Shown here: positions 32,420-43,307 of the stretch, piece after piece | Numbering within the stretch: position 1 is the first letter of the stretch | Layout of the letters: every line of letters begins with the position of its first letter | Assembly (NCBI GenBank): GCA_963691875.1 | Contig: OY829846.1 | Span: 1,344,001 to 1,408,000, forward strand | DNA from: Aureliella sp. | GTDB taxonomy: Bacteria; Planctomycetota; Planctomycetia; Pirellulales; Pirellulaceae | Length of the DNA: 64,000 nucleotides | Reading direction: 5' to 3' | The notes under the pieces: generated by a model | Told to the model about the DNA's origin: nothing | Seen by the model: only the letters and a program-made list of their open reading frames with translations | The model's database searches: none | Made by a program: the position numbers and the translations under genes

Positions 32420-32917
32420 CTACTCGACAAGTCTTACTTTGCCCATTCGGAACACAAACGATGACGACAGGTTTTGGCCAGCGAGGTAATGCACCGGATA
32501 CTGGCTGATCGCGCTGTAGGGAACAACCGCCTCGATCTTGCAGTATTTGAGGTAGTTGGCGGGATCCGCAAGATCGAAGTCAGCACCAGCCTTTTGCCCA
32601 TCGGCGTGCAGGATGTTCACGGTGACGGATTCTGCCGGAAATGCCGACGCACGGAGAAAGTTCTTGATGTCGTCTTTCACTTTGCCGTTGATGTCATTGT
32701 CCTCCACGGAGATTTCTGCAAAATCCATAGAAGCCAGGCGCCCCCCCTCGCGGAGCGCCGTAGAAAGCACGTCTGTAGCGTTAATGGCTTCCGACATTTC
32801 TACTACGCCAAGAAACAGCAGTAGGAAAACTGGGGCAATGATTGCCATCTCCGTTGCCGCAATCCCTCTGCGGGTTTCGCAAGATCGTTTAGGTGCTCGA
32901 AATCTTGGGACGGACAT
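32420..32917 (-). CDS. TadE/TadG-like pseudopilin
   Basis: RRGIAATEMAIIAPVFLLL...ALREGGR prepilin-type N-terminus. Confidence 0.88.
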   Translation of the reverse strand: MSVPRFRAPKRSCETRRGIAATEMAIIAPVFLLLFLGVVEMSEAINATDVLSTALREGGRLASMDFAEISVEDNDINGKVKDDIKNFLRASAFPAESVTVNILHADGQKAGADFDLADPANYLKYCKIEAVVPYSAISQYPVHYLAGQNLSSSFVFRMGKVRLVE

Positions 32918-32972
32918 TTCGGTTCACTTGATGTTCTAGGTGTGTTTCGATTGCCTGGAAACCGTCAGCGCA

Positions 32973-33470
32973 CTACTCGTGACGCATCACGGAGACTCCG
33001 GAGAGCGTTGCGTTCTTGATCCAGAATGCTGGGAACAATGCGACGTTTTCATAGGGCACTTCCAACCGGATGACAAATAGGTCCCTCGTCCCTAAGTCTT
33101 CAAGCTTGGGGACTTCTAAGAGGTTGTCGTGGTCGAAGTTTTGATGATTGAAGTCTGAGTCATCGAAGACCGCAGCGTCGTAGATTTTGATATCGACTGC
33201 TTGCGCATAGACAGCTGCATTCAGGATGTCCTTGATTCTTTGATTCACCTGCGCATTGGTGATGCCTTCGATTGCTCCGAATCGTGCAGCTTGTTTCGAA
33301 GCGGACGTAAGAATGCTTCGAACCATGTATGCGTGGCCGAACTCGACCATACCGACGGTGAAGGCGGTGAAGACTGGCAAGATGAATGCCGTCTCAACCA
33401 GCGTAGCGCCCCAGAAACGATTTCGTTCTCGGGAGGGACGTTTACGTTGAAACCTGGGGCGAGGTCTCAT
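32973..33470 (-). CDS. TadE-like pseudopilin
   Basis: GATLVETAFILPVF...ASKQAAR; GAGGAG SD before ATG 33470. Confidence 0.88.
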   Translation of the reverse strand: MRPRPRFQRKRPSRERNRFWGATLVETAFILPVFTAFTVGMVEFGHAYMVRSILTSASKQAARFGAIEGITNAQVNQRIKDILNAAVYAQAVDIKIYDAAVFDDSDFNHQNFDHDNLLEVPKLEDLGTRDLFVIRLEVPYENVALFPAFWIKNATLSGVSVMRHE

Positions 33471-33573
33471 TGTTTTCTCCTCTGTCTTCAGGGACGGGCG
33501 ATTGCAGATGTGCAACCGTGAAACCGATTTTTCAGCTTCACTGTCGCACCTGCGTTTGCAGCAACTGTTCTTT

Positions 33574-35306
33574 CTATTGTTCGGTCGAACTTAGCAGCCG
33601 GGCAGGAGGAACGTGAGCAGCGATTCTTGCGAAGGCTTCTTGGATACCTTCTCGGAAGTCGGCTAGCGTGCTACCCGCTGGGACGTCGTAGTAGACGCCT
33701 CCGCTCAAGTTTGCAATAGCTTTCATCAAGTCCTCGTCGGCATAAGAACCAACGGTCATGGTATGGATGACATAACCAGCATCGACAGCCAGTTTCGCTT
33801 GGTAGAACGCGTACTGCTTCGAGCGGCTGCTGGTCGAGAAGTCGGCTTGTCCATCACCGTCGAAGTCGGCGACGTCACTCCAATTCCAACCAGATGGCAG
33901 GCTGAAATTGTATGGGCTTACGTTTGCATTTCCGTCGGTCATCAGAAGGATTGCAGGACGTGAGCCATCACGCATGTGGTCATCGAGCATGTCACGGGAG
34001 GCCAGAATCCCAGCCCCAATTCCGGTCGACCCAGTGTAGTGACCAGCCTGTTTGTGACTCTGAATGGAGTTGATAGCGTCATAGTCATTGGTGATCCAAT
34101 TCGATCCTAAGTCGATCACAGAATGTCTGGCTCTGGCTCGTAGAGATCATGCTCCTTTACGGCAGTGGTCGCATAACTGACTAGCCCGATGTGGTCGTCA
34201 AAGTTGAGATCCTTCAAGAAGTGGCAGAACTCGGTCACGCCTTGCTTCATGCCTTCAAACTGATAGTAGGGCGCACGCCAGAGGTCTTCGGAGTAGCTGT
34301 TGTAAGGTCGCTGATTGCCCATGTATGCCATCAGTGTTCGGAAGCCATATCGTTTCCTGTATCCGTACGAACGCGTGTAGCCGTAACCGCAGCGGACCCA
34401 GTTGATGTAATTCAACCATCGGTATTCGCTAGTGTAGGCACTTGGCTGACCGCGCAGTGAGCCATAGCTGTCCTTCCCTTCCTGTGGCCATGGGACTCCG
34501 TAGAGATCTAGGTGCAGGTAGGTGTACCAGTCACTATAAGAGTTATAGTAAGTTCCGCGATAGCTATCGATTTTCCCATAGCCTTCGGACGGGAACTTGA
34601 TTCCGTTGGTGTTGGAGTACTTTACACCGCTGGCGACGAGAGAATCCCAGATGTCATCCAAGTTGTCTTCCACCGCAGCCTTTCCCCGTCGGCTATTGCT
34701 CATCGCGACAAAATCGCTATCGTCGTTCATGGAAGCGGAGTAATCGAGGCACAAGACGATATCACGTGTCTCGACGTAGGCAGTTGCTTTCGCAAGCAAG
34801 TCTGAGGTGGTATCCGCTCCGGCGGCTTTCGCGAACACGAGGTTCATCCGAGCGTCAGGAGCAGTTGGATCTTCGTTGTCTCGGCGAGCTTGTACTCGGC
34901 AAACATTTGCTGGACTTGCTCCCCATGTAATGCTGTACGTGCCGTCCTCAGCGACAATGCGTTTCCCAAAGAAAACATCTGTTTCGGGATTTACGTAGAC
35001 CCCATTTTTCGCGGCAACTTCAGATGCAACTAAGCGAGCATTCGATTCTGCCGTTGCGAGTGCTGACGCAACATCCAGATTTTCAGTGCCTGCAAGGTAG
35101 ACGGCGTTGGTGATCTCCTGGGCAGCTGCCAGTGCCGCGGCATCTACCGAGATCTGCATTTTGTTCTTCTCGCGTCCGACACGGCTGAGATCAATGCTCA
35201 GTGCAGCAAAGCCAAGGATGAGGGCCAGAACAATTGCCGAACTAATCATGATTACGCCGCTACGGCGTTGACCATTTTTGAGTCTGGGGCACAACTCTTT
35301 TCTCAT
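33574..35306 (-). pseudogene. TadG-like VWA-domain pilus protein split by a frameshift near 34118
   Basis: 5' ORF has the Tad N-terminus (RRSG...DAAALAAA) and MIDAS LDYSASM; 3' ORF has STGIGAG, LLMTDG, IHTMTVG; the two overlap by GTGA at 34116-34119. Confidence 0.75.
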
Positions 35307-35688
35307 GGTGCGAATCCTCTCGGTACATATCGGGGCGTGCGACACAATCTTACCTCTAGAATCCTCCCAAGGCAGCGTAGAAAAAGGGTTTTTCCTCGCC
35401 TTCGCGAGACGGATGTTTACCGGATGCAGCGTCTCTGAGTGACTTGTTGCACAGGAAATTCAGCCCCAAGGAATCTGTTGCCCGGAAACCTCCTTCAACG
35501 TGAATGGCAACGTAATAAGGAAAGCTTGACGCAGGTCTTACCGCAGTCGGCAGAGAGAGATTTTTCGTTACAATCTGTGCGTGGCGAGCAATTTTGAATC
35601 ATGCAGCAGTAGTTTTTGCTGCGAGGAGTACGGTTCGCCAAAGTTTTGACTTGCACCTACTCAGGCAGTGACGCTGCCAACTGGAAAT

Positions 35689-37275
35689 ATGACGATGACT
35701 GAAAACGCAGCTGCAAAAATCCTGATCGACGGACAATGGATCGCATCAGAGGCGGAGAGCACCTTCCAGGCCTACGATCCATCCCAATGCAAGACGCTTG
35801 AAGCAACTTTCCCCGTGAGTAGTTGGGCTGATTGCGAAAAAGCGTTGGATGCTGCTAGCAGAGCGGCGGTGGAACTGCGCGAGCTCGGTCCGGAAAGGGT
35901 GGCAGAGTTCTTAGAGGCATTCGCCGATGCAATGGACGAAAACATCGATACGCTAGCTGCTGTTGCTCATCAGGAAACTGGTCTGCCTGTAGAACCTCGA
36001 TTGGCAAAAGTCGAAGGTCCAAGAACCTCAGGCCAGCTTCGCCAAGCAGCTGCAGCGGCTCGCGAAGGAACGTGGACGCAGCCTGTTATCGATACCGCGG
36101 CCAACATCCGCTCGTGCTACGAAGCCATTGGACCTGTATGCGTATTCGGGCCGAATAATTTCCCCTTTGCCTTCGGCAGCCTCTCCGGAGGCGATTTTGC
36201 TGCTGCGATCGCAGCAGGTAATCCGGTAATTGGCAAGGCGAATACCTCTCACCCTGCCACGACGAAGATGCTTGGCGAATTGGCGCAGGCAGCTGCCGAG
36301 AAAACTGGAATGCCATCTGGCATGATTCAGTTGATCTACCGAACCTCGCACGAGAACGGCACAAAACTTGTCAGCGACCCAAGACTTGCGGCAGTCGGTT
36401 ACACCGGCAGCCGTCGTGCTGGTTTGGTGCTGAAGTCGGTCGCGGATCAAGTTGGAACGCCAATCTATTTGGAGCTTTCCAGCGTGAATCCCGTTCTGCT
36501 GTTGCCGGGGGCTTTGAAAGAACGCGGTGAAGAGATTTTGGGAGAGTTCATCACGAGTGTCTTGATGGGAACGGGCCAATTCTGCACAAACCCAGGAATG
36601 GTTCTGCTACTTGAGAGCGACGAGTCGGAGCAGTTCATCTCTGGCGTTGTCGAGAAGTTCGCGGGACCATCTGGAACGCTTCTCTCACCCTCTGTACAGA
36701 ACTCTCTGACTGCGGCAATAGAGACGTTGAAAGGCGGCGGAGCAGAGTTGCTTTGTGGTGGTGATGCCCAAGAGGGTCGCTGTAGCATCGCGAATACTTT
36801 GCTGCGAGTCAGCGGTTCACAGTTCTTGAGCGCTCCGGAATTGTTTCAAACCGAGGCTTTTGGGAATGCATCACTCATTGTGGTCAGCAAGGGCATCGAG
36901 GAAGTTGGACAAATCTTTGCCGCCCTCGAAGGCAATTTGACGGGCTGCATCTATTCTGCCAAAGACGGTGGCGATGACGCCGATTACGACCAAGTCAGCA
37001 AAATTCTGGCTGGTCGAGTCGGTCGGATGCTGAACGACAAAATGCCGACTGGTGTAGCGGTCAGTCCAGCAATGAATCACGGTGGTCCGTTTCCTGCCAC
37101 CGGTCATCCCGGCACGACAGCGGTTGGGATTCCAGCGAGTATTTCGCGTTTTGCGAAGCTGACTTGCTACGACGGCATTCGCCCCGATCGGCTTCCCTTG
37201 ATTTTGCAAGACAAGAATCCGAACGGTGCATACCGCTTTATCGATCTAAAATGGACTACCGAGGACGTCGGCTAG
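35689..37275 (+). CDS. Aldehyde dehydrogenase (NADP+), 2,5-dioxopentanoate/KGSA dehydrogenase-like
   Basis: FGPNNFPFAF, YTGS, ELSSVNP, GQFCTNPG, MPTGVAV..AMNHGGPFPAT. Confidence 0.9.
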   Translation: MTMTENAAAKILIDGQWIASEAESTFQAYDPSQCKTLEATFPVSSWADCEKALDAASRAAVELRELGPERVAEFLEAFADAMDENIDTLAAVAHQETGLPVEPRLAKVEGPRTSGQLRQAAAAAREGTWTQPVIDTAANIRSCYEAIGPVCVFGPNNFPFAFGSLSGGDFAAAIAAGNPVIGKANTSHPATTKMLGELAQAAAEKTGMPSGMIQLIYRTSHENGTKLVSDPRLAAVGYTGSRRAGLVLKSVADQVGTPIYLELSSVNPVLLLPGALKERGEEILGEFITSVLMGTGQFCTNPGMVLLLESDESEQFISGVVEKFAGPSGTLLSPSVQNSLTAAIETLKGGGAELLCGGDAQEGRCSIANTLLRVSGSQFLSAPELFQTEAFGNASLIVVSKGIEEVGQIFAALEGNLTGCIYSAKDGGDDADYDQVSKILAGRVGRMLNDKMPTGVAVSPAMNHGGPFPATGHPGTTAVGIPASISRFAKLTCYDGIRPDRLPLILQDKNPNGAYRFIDLKWTTEDVG

Positions 37276-37297
37276 GGTCGCACAGTACTTTTCGCTC

Positions 37298-37426
37298 TGA
37301 GACTCGCCAAGAGTCCCTCGAATTCCCGCGAGCCTGACTTCCAATCATCTTTCGACTTCGCTTTGCAGCAAGCCCCTGCCTTCGTGCGAATGCATACGTC
37401 CAGAGTTGGAATTCTGGCGAATTCCC
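37298..37426. repeat. Degenerate inverted REP-like pair
   Basis: GAGACTCGCCAAGAGTCCC near 37299 and GGAATTCTGGCGAATTCCC at 37408; GTAG ends lost. Confidence 0.5.
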
Positions 37427-37775
37427 CCCGCCGTATCCGCGCGCGAAGTGAGGTTGAAGCAGCCATCTAGTCTGGTTTGTGTGAAAATGACCTCCAAACC
37501 TTGTGAACACGGCGATTTGCCCCGCGCAGCCCCGTTGACACTGGAATTAGGTCCAGTACTTTATTGGCCAGTCTTTGTATTTTGCCTATAGCACTCAACC
37601 GGATTGTTTCGCCCAACCCCTAGATTTCCCACATGTGTCTGCGGTGATTCACCGCTGTTCCGGAAGTTGTTTGTTGGACTATCGGCGATTTGAAAGGCAC
37701 CGAGTAGGCGGATGTCCCGCCATGCTGCTCAGCATTTTGAGCGAGTTTGTATGTTGGACCTATTGGAGGTTTCCG

Positions 37776-38261
37776 ATGAATCGACTTTTGGTTGCGGGCA
37801 TCGCTGGCTTGGCGATGCTTATGACTGCGGGCTTTGATGCCCAAGAAGCACAAGCTTTCGGCCGCAAGTGCGGTGGCGCAAAGTCTTGTGGTGGTGGACT
37901 ATTTGCAGCGCGTAAGGCTGCGAAGGATTGCTGTGGCGTCGTTGAGACTTGCCCAGTTGTTGAGGAGTGCTGCGAAGTTGAAGAGCCAACTTGCTGCAAG
38001 CCGAAGCGTACTCGTCGCTGTGGTGGCGGTCTGCTTGCTAAGCTGAAGGCACGTATGGCTAGCTGCGGTTGCCCTCAACCTGAGCCATGCTGCGAACCAG
38101 CTCCATGCAGCACGCCATGTGGCGGATGCGGAACTGTCAGCAGCGGTTGCCCAAACTGCAGCCAAACGGAGGACGCTGGCGAAATGGAAGAAACACCTAG
38201 CGAAGCTCCACCAGCTCCAGCGGCCGAAGCTGCTTCCAGCAGCGACGCTCCTGCTGCCTAG
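37776..38261 (+). CDS. Secreted Cys-rich protein
   Basis: GGAGG then ATG 37776; signal peptide ending AQA; 19 Cys; Ala/Pro/Glu tail; own terminator. Confidence 0.82.
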   Translation: MNRLLVAGIAGLAMLMTAGFDAQEAQAFGRKCGGAKSCGGGLFAARKAAKDCCGVVETCPVVEECCEVEEPTCCKPKRTRRCGGGLLAKLKARMASCGCPQPEPCCEPAPCSTPCGGCGTVSSGCPNCSQTEDAGEMEETPSEAPPAPAAEAASSSDAPAA

Positions 38262-38289
38262 TTTTCAACTAACAGATAGAACAGATAAT

Positions 38290-38322
38290 AAAGCCGAGAC
38301 GTCCCGAGCGTCTCGGCTTTTT
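38290..38322 (+). terminator. Rho-independent terminator
   Basis: AAAGCCGAGACG-TCCCGAG-CGTCTCGGCTTT followed by T-rich sequence. Confidence 0.9.
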
Positions 38323-38460
38323 CTGTTTTAGCTCACTACTGATTTTCGATGCTGACACAGCCCGCGAGTGAGCCAGCAAGCAAAAAGACGGAAGAGTTCT
38401 CTAAACTAAGCTCACCTTCATCGCCGCCCTGCGAAAACCCCATCGAAATGGATTCGATCT

Positions 38461-39558
38461 ATGTCCCAGGTGAAACGTCGTCGCAAGCTACGGAAGTTGC
38501 TCCGTGGTGCTGATGCCATTCTTGTAACGAACGAGTCTAATGTCCGCTACTTGACTGGTTTCACGGGTGACAGCTCGTACTTAATAGTGACCAGCGGCGG
38601 TGATGAAGCTGCCGTTCTGATTAGCGATCCCCGCTACGAAGAGCAGATTGAAGAGCAATGCCCTGGCTTGGCGACTCATATTCGCAAGCCTAGTGAGCTG
38701 CTGCTGCCAGTCACCTGCAAGCTGCTGAAGAGAATGGATGTAAGTAAGCTGGTCGTCGAAGCGAACTCAATGACTCTCTCGATGTTTGACCAACTTCAGG
38801 AAGCCAAGTTTGGCGAGCTCATCCGCGGTAAAGCAGAAGTCGAGTCACTGCGAGCGATAAAAGATGCAGGCGAAGTCAAGCTGATTCGTAGAGCGGTTGA
38901 TATTGCTGAGCGGGCGTTCATAAGCATGCGAGCTCAAATGCGACCCAACATGACGGAATTGGAATTCGCGCATGAGCTCGAGCACTCGATGCGGAAACTT
39001 GGAGCCGAAGGCTGTGCCTTTGATCCGATTGTCGCAGTCGGCCCCCGCGCGGCTTTGCCTCACGCGGAGCCAGGAACCAATCAACTGTCGGAAAATCCGT
39101 TTGTCCTGATTGACTGGGGAGCCACCGTTGACGGCTACCGCAGCGACTTGACTCGTGTATTGACGACCGGCAGAATCCCCGCCAAAATCTTCAAGGCGTA
39201 TGAGGCTGTATTGACTGCCCAACTTGCCGCAATTGACGCCCTGCGTCCTGGGGTTACTGGTTGCGAGGTCGATGCAATTGTCCGAGAAACGCTTGCCGGC
39301 TATAGCATGGAGAAACGTTTCAATCACGGACTCGGCCACGGAATCGGTTTGGATATTCACGAAGCTCCTCGAATGGGGAAGAATTTCCCAACTCCCGTTG
39401 AAGCAGGAATGGTGGTTACGGTCGAACCAGGAGTTTACTATCCTGGGCTCGGCGGGATACGCATTGAGGATGATGTCCTAATCACCGAGTCTGGCGCCGA
39501 AGTACTGAGCAGTTTGCCGAAAGATTTCGACGCGAACATTCAACCTCTACTTAGCTGA
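38461..39558 (+). CDS. Xaa-Pro aminopeptidase (M24B)
   Basis: YLTGFTG, LPHA, DWGA...YRSDLTR, HGLGHGIGLDIHE, TVEPGVY, GIRIED. Confidence 0.93.
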   Translation: MSQVKRRRKLRKLLRGADAILVTNESNVRYLTGFTGDSSYLIVTSGGDEAAVLISDPRYEEQIEEQCPGLATHIRKPSELLLPVTCKLLKRMDVSKLVVEANSMTLSMFDQLQEAKFGELIRGKAEVESLRAIKDAGEVKLIRRAVDIAERAFISMRAQMRPNMTELEFAHELEHSMRKLGAEGCAFDPIVAVGPRAALPHAEPGTNQLSENPFVLIDWGATVDGYRSDLTRVLTTGRIPAKIFKAYEAVLTAQLAAIDALRPGVTGCEVDAIVRETLAGYSMEKRFNHGLGHGIGLDIHEAPRMGKNFPTPVEAGMVVTVEPGVYYPGLGGIRIEDDVLITESGAEVLSSLPKDFDANIQPLLS

Positions 39559-39618
39559 ACGCCTGACGCTAGCGAAGTCGATTCATACCCAAACATCGGA
39601 AACTAGATAGGAATACTC

Positions 39619-40083
39619 ATGGCCCAAGGTGAAGATGTCTTCAACGTCGATCGCATCAGTGCGTTAATCGACCTAATGGAAGAACGCGGCCTGAACGAAC
39701 TCGATCTTCAGCAGAGTGACCAGAAGGTCCGTTTGGTTCGAGGAACAGTGGGACCGGCACAAGTTGTAGCAGCCCCAACGGCGGCTCCCGCCCCGTCGTC
39801 TACTCCTGCCGAAGCAGTGCCCGCCGAAGACGGACCGCATATCAAAGTCATCAAGTCTCAAATTGTTGGGACTTTCTACAGCAAGCCGAATCCCAATGCT
39901 GAGGACTTTGTCAAAGTCGGCTCCAAGGTCTCGCCGGACACGGTTGTTTGCACAGTTGAAGCCATGAAGGTCTTCAACGAGATTGAGGCGGAAGTGAGTG
40001 GGACGATCGTAGAAATCTTGGTGCAGAACGAGGACGCAGTCGACTTCGATAAGCCCCTGTTCAAGGTAGATACACGCGGTTAA
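39619..40083 (+). CDS. accB: Acetyl-CoA carboxylase biotin carboxyl carrier protein
   Basis: VGTFYSKP, EAMKVFNEI biotinylation motif; precedes accC. Confidence 0.96.
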   Translation: MAQGEDVFNVDRISALIDLMEERGLNELDLQQSDQKVRLVRGTVGPAQVVAAPTAAPAPSSTPAEAVPAEDGPHIKVIKSQIVGTFYSKPNPNAEDFVKVGSKVSPDTVVCTVEAMKVFNEIEAEVSGTIVEILVQNEDAVDFDKPLFKVDTRG

Positions 40084-40262
40084 GCTTGGCGAATGATTGA
40101 AAAGCTGGACTTTGCTTTGCTCTCTCGGCCACGCTTTGGCGGAGCTACCCTAGTGAACCCAGCATTCTGTTGGAATCAGCGATGCTGCGGCTGCTCGCCC
40201 CTTCATGCCAGCTGATTGCCTTGCTGAGATAATGCTCACCCTGAGTCTAAAGATCGATCGGG

Positions 40263-41612
40263 ATGTATAACCGAATTCTGATTGCCAATCGTGGAGAAAT
40301 TGCTCTACGAATCATCCGAGCTTGCCGCGAAATGGGAATTGAATCCGTCGCGGTATACAGTCAAGCCGACCGAGATTCGGCCCATGTCAGATACGCTGAT
40401 CACGCCTTCTGTATCGGAGCACCGAAGTCTGCGGACAGCTATCTCTACGTAGAACGCTTGATTAGCGTGGCAGAAGTCAGCGGTGCCGAAGCAGTTCACC
40501 CCGGTTATGGCTTCCTGGCAGAGAACGCACGCTTCAATGAGATGTGTCGAGAAAACGACTTTGATTTTATCGGTCCGACTCCGAATGCAATGGAACAGCT
40601 GGGAGACAAAAACACGGCCCGAGCTGTAGCAATCGCGGCGGAAGTACCTGTGGTTCCTGGTTCCGACGGCCTGTTGACCGACGAAGAACACGCGGTCACC
40701 ACGGCGAAAGAGATCGGATTCCCAGTACTCATCAAAGCAACTGCCGGCGGCGGTGGCAAAGGTATGCGAGTTGCCGAAAGCGAAGAGTCGCTGCGAACCG
40801 CGTTGCAGCAGGCGCAGGCGGAAGCTCAAGCAGCATTCGGTAACGCTGGCGTATACCTCGAAAAGTTTGTCCAACAGCCGAGGCACGTCGAGGTCCAAGT
40901 CATCGCGGACAACCACGGCAACGTCTGTCACCTATTTGAACGTGATTGTTCTGTCCAGCGACGTCACCAGAAATTGATCGAAGAGAGCCCTTCACCACTG
41001 CTTTCTGACAAGACGCGGCAAGCAATTTGTGAAGCCGCCGTGCGGATGGTTAAGCAAGCTGATTACCAGAATGCGGGGACGGTTGAATTCATCGTCGACA
41101 AAGATGACAACTTCTATTTCATCGAAGTCAACGCCCGAATCCAAGTCGAGCACCCAGTAACGGAGATGGTTACCGGTATCGACTTGATCCAGTCACAGAT
41201 TCGTGTCGCCTCGGGTGCGAAGCTGCCTTTCAAGCAAGAAGATATCAAGCTGAACGGCGCCGCAATGGAGTGCCGAATCAACGCCGAGAACCCGAATCGC
41301 AACTTCCAACCCTGCCCTGGCAACATCAAAGAATTGTTCATACCTGGTGGATTGGGTGTGCGATTTGATTCACACGTTCAAGCTGGCTACACGGTTCCGC
41401 CGTTTTACGATTCGATGATTGGAAAACTGATTGTCCACAAGCCGACTCGTGAAGAAGCAATCGCTTGCATGATTCGCAGCCTGGAAGAATTGCACGTGAA
41501 AGGCATCGAGACGACCGCCTCGTTCCAAATTCGCGTTCTCAAAGAGCAGAAGTTCATAGACGGCACGGTCGACACGAAATGGGTCGAACGAGAACTGCTA
41601 GCCCAAGGCTAA
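40263..41612 (+). CDS. accC: Biotin carboxylase
   Basis: [49 protein letters not shown]. Confidence 0.97.
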   Translation: MYNRILIANRGEIALRIIRACREMGIESVAVYSQADRDSAHVRYADHAFCIGAPKSADSYLYVERLISVAEVSGAEAVHPGYGFLAENARFNEMCRENDFDFIGPTPNAMEQLGDKNTARAVAIAAEVPVVPGSDGLLTDEEHAVTTAKEIGFPVLIKATAGGGGKGMRVAESEESLRTALQQAQAEAQAAFGNAGVYLEKFVQQPRHVEVQVIADNHGNVCHLFERDCSVQRRHQKLIEESPSPLLSDKTRQAICEAAVRMVKQADYQNAGTVEFIVDKDDNFYFIEVNARIQVEHPVTEMVTGIDLIQSQIRVASGAKLPFKQEDIKLNGAAMECRINAENPNRNFQPCPGNIKELFIPGGLGVRFDSHVQAGYTVPPFYDSMIGKLIVHKPTREEAIACMIRSLEELHVKGIETTASFQIRVLKEQKFIDGTVDTKWVERELLAQG

Positions 41613-41683
41613 ACGGTTCAACAATGTAACTCTCCCTGCGGGTGAATCGGCCTATCCCGGCCGGAGAGGGCCCATCCGTCTTA

Positions 41684-41706
41684 GTAGAGGATTTCGCCAG
41701 AAATCC
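41684..41706 (+). repeat. GTAG-type REP-like palindrome variant
   Basis: GTAG-A-GGATTTC-GCCA-GAAATCC: same length and loop as the 32261 copy, with a changed but still paired stem. Confidence 0.65.
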
Positions 41707-41768
41707 GGTTTGATGGAACTGTGGTCAATCCCACTACGCTTAGCCCCCCTACCAAAGCTAGAAATCTC

Positions 41769-43040
41769 ATGACTGAAATCAAAAAAGTTGCAATGTTGTT
41801 CGCAGGTGGTCCGGCACCTGGTGCGAACTCGGTCATCGGTACCGCGGCCTTCGCCTTTCTGAATGCTGGCATCGAAGTCGTCGGGATCAAGCACGGTTAC
41901 TCCAACTTGATCGACTACGACGGTTCCGCTCCACTCGAGGAAGGCAAAGCGTACATCAACATCCGACAAGAGGACTTGTCGCACGTTCGTACTTCGCCGG
42001 GAATCGTGATCGGTACCGCTCGAGCGAACCCAGGCAAGAACGTTTCCGCGCCGGAACACTTGAGTGACGCGGAGCGAGTTGCTCCTCTCTCGCGAGTTTA
42101 CAACGCTTTACAGTCGTTGGGTGTAGACGCACTGATCTCGATTGGTGGCGACGACACGCTGAAGACCGCTAATAAGATGAAGATGTATCAGGACACGCTG
42201 CCAACCGATGCGAAGCGAATGCCTGTCGTGCACTTGCCCAAGACGATCGACAACGATTACATGGGTATCGACTTCACGTTTGGTTACTTCACCGCCGCCG
42301 AGTTCTTAGCCAACGAGATGCGCAATCTCAACTACGACGCCCAAGCTGGCCAAGCCTACTTTATCTGCGAAGCTATGGGGCGTAGTGCGGGCTGGTTGGC
42401 CTACGGTGCAGCCATCGCGGGTAACGCTTGCATGGTACTGAGCGTCGAGGACGTCATTGGTGAATTACGTGGCGAAGAAGAAGTCACAGAAGACGGCAAG
42501 ACATTCAACAAGCCGATCATGCACGTCGAAAAGATTGTAGATCGCATCGTGGCAATGATGCTCAAGCGCGAAAGCGAAGGCCGACCATACGGCGTCATTG
42601 TCGTTGCCGAAGGTATGGCCGAATATCTGTCGCAGAAGTATCTGGCTGGCATTGAACGCGACGATCATGGTCACATCGCGATTGCAGACATTAACCTTGG
42701 CAAGATGCTCGCCGGCTTGATTGGCGAAGCATACACGGCCAAGACCGGCGGAAAACGCAAAATCAACGGACTGCAGCTTGGCTACGAGAGCCGTTGCGCT
42801 CCACCACATGCGTTTGACGTAATGCTCGGTTCGCAGATCGGTGTCGGAGCTTATCGAGCTCTGATTGAAGAGAATCTCAATGGCGTAATGATCTCAGTCG
42901 GCGGTCAGTTGGATCTTTCCTTCGTGCCATTCGAGAATTTGGTCGATCCAGCGACGCTGGTCACTAAAGTTCGCTACATCGAAACTGGCAGTGACTTCCA
43001 CCGTCTCGCACGTTTCGTCGAAAGCGTCGCCGACGAATAA
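41769..43040 (+). CDS. 6-phosphofructokinase, probably pyrophosphate-dependent
   Basis: GGPAPG, IGGDDT, PKTIDND, EAMGR, LGYESR; ATG 41769 preferred. Confidence 0.9.
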   Translation: MTEIKKVAMLFAGGPAPGANSVIGTAAFAFLNAGIEVVGIKHGYSNLIDYDGSAPLEEGKAYINIRQEDLSHVRTSPGIVIGTARANPGKNVSAPEHLSDAERVAPLSRVYNALQSLGVDALISIGGDDTLKTANKMKMYQDTLPTDAKRMPVVHLPKTIDNDYMGIDFTFGYFTAAEFLANEMRNLNYDAQAGQAYFICEAMGRSAGWLAYGAAIAGNACMVLSVEDVIGELRGEEEVTEDGKTFNKPIMHVEKIVDRIVAMMLKRESEGRPYGVIVVAEGMAEYLSQKYLAGIERDDHGHIAIADINLGKMLAGLIGEAYTAKTGGKRKINGLQLGYESRCAPPHAFDVMLGSQIGVGAYRALIEENLNGVMISVGGQLDLSFVPFENLVDPATLVTKVRYIETGSDFHRLARFVESVADE

Positions 43041-43307
43041 GAAGGTCAGCTCTTCATTGAGGATTAGGTCATGAGTCCCGGAGCATTGCTCCCCAGAGTC
43101 CTCGACCATAGCAAGCCGGCACCGATGGCTGGGCCTTCAACAAGATCTCTCGAGGGATGCGATTCGCCCTGTCCAGCTTACTGGAAATCGGGCGATAAAG
43201 AGCAGACGGACCGAGGCCCCTGCAATGATGCCAGACTATCATTCTGTTGCTGGCCTGTCACAATAGGAAGTATCCCACCTGATACTTCCTACCTTTTGTG
43301 ATCTACG

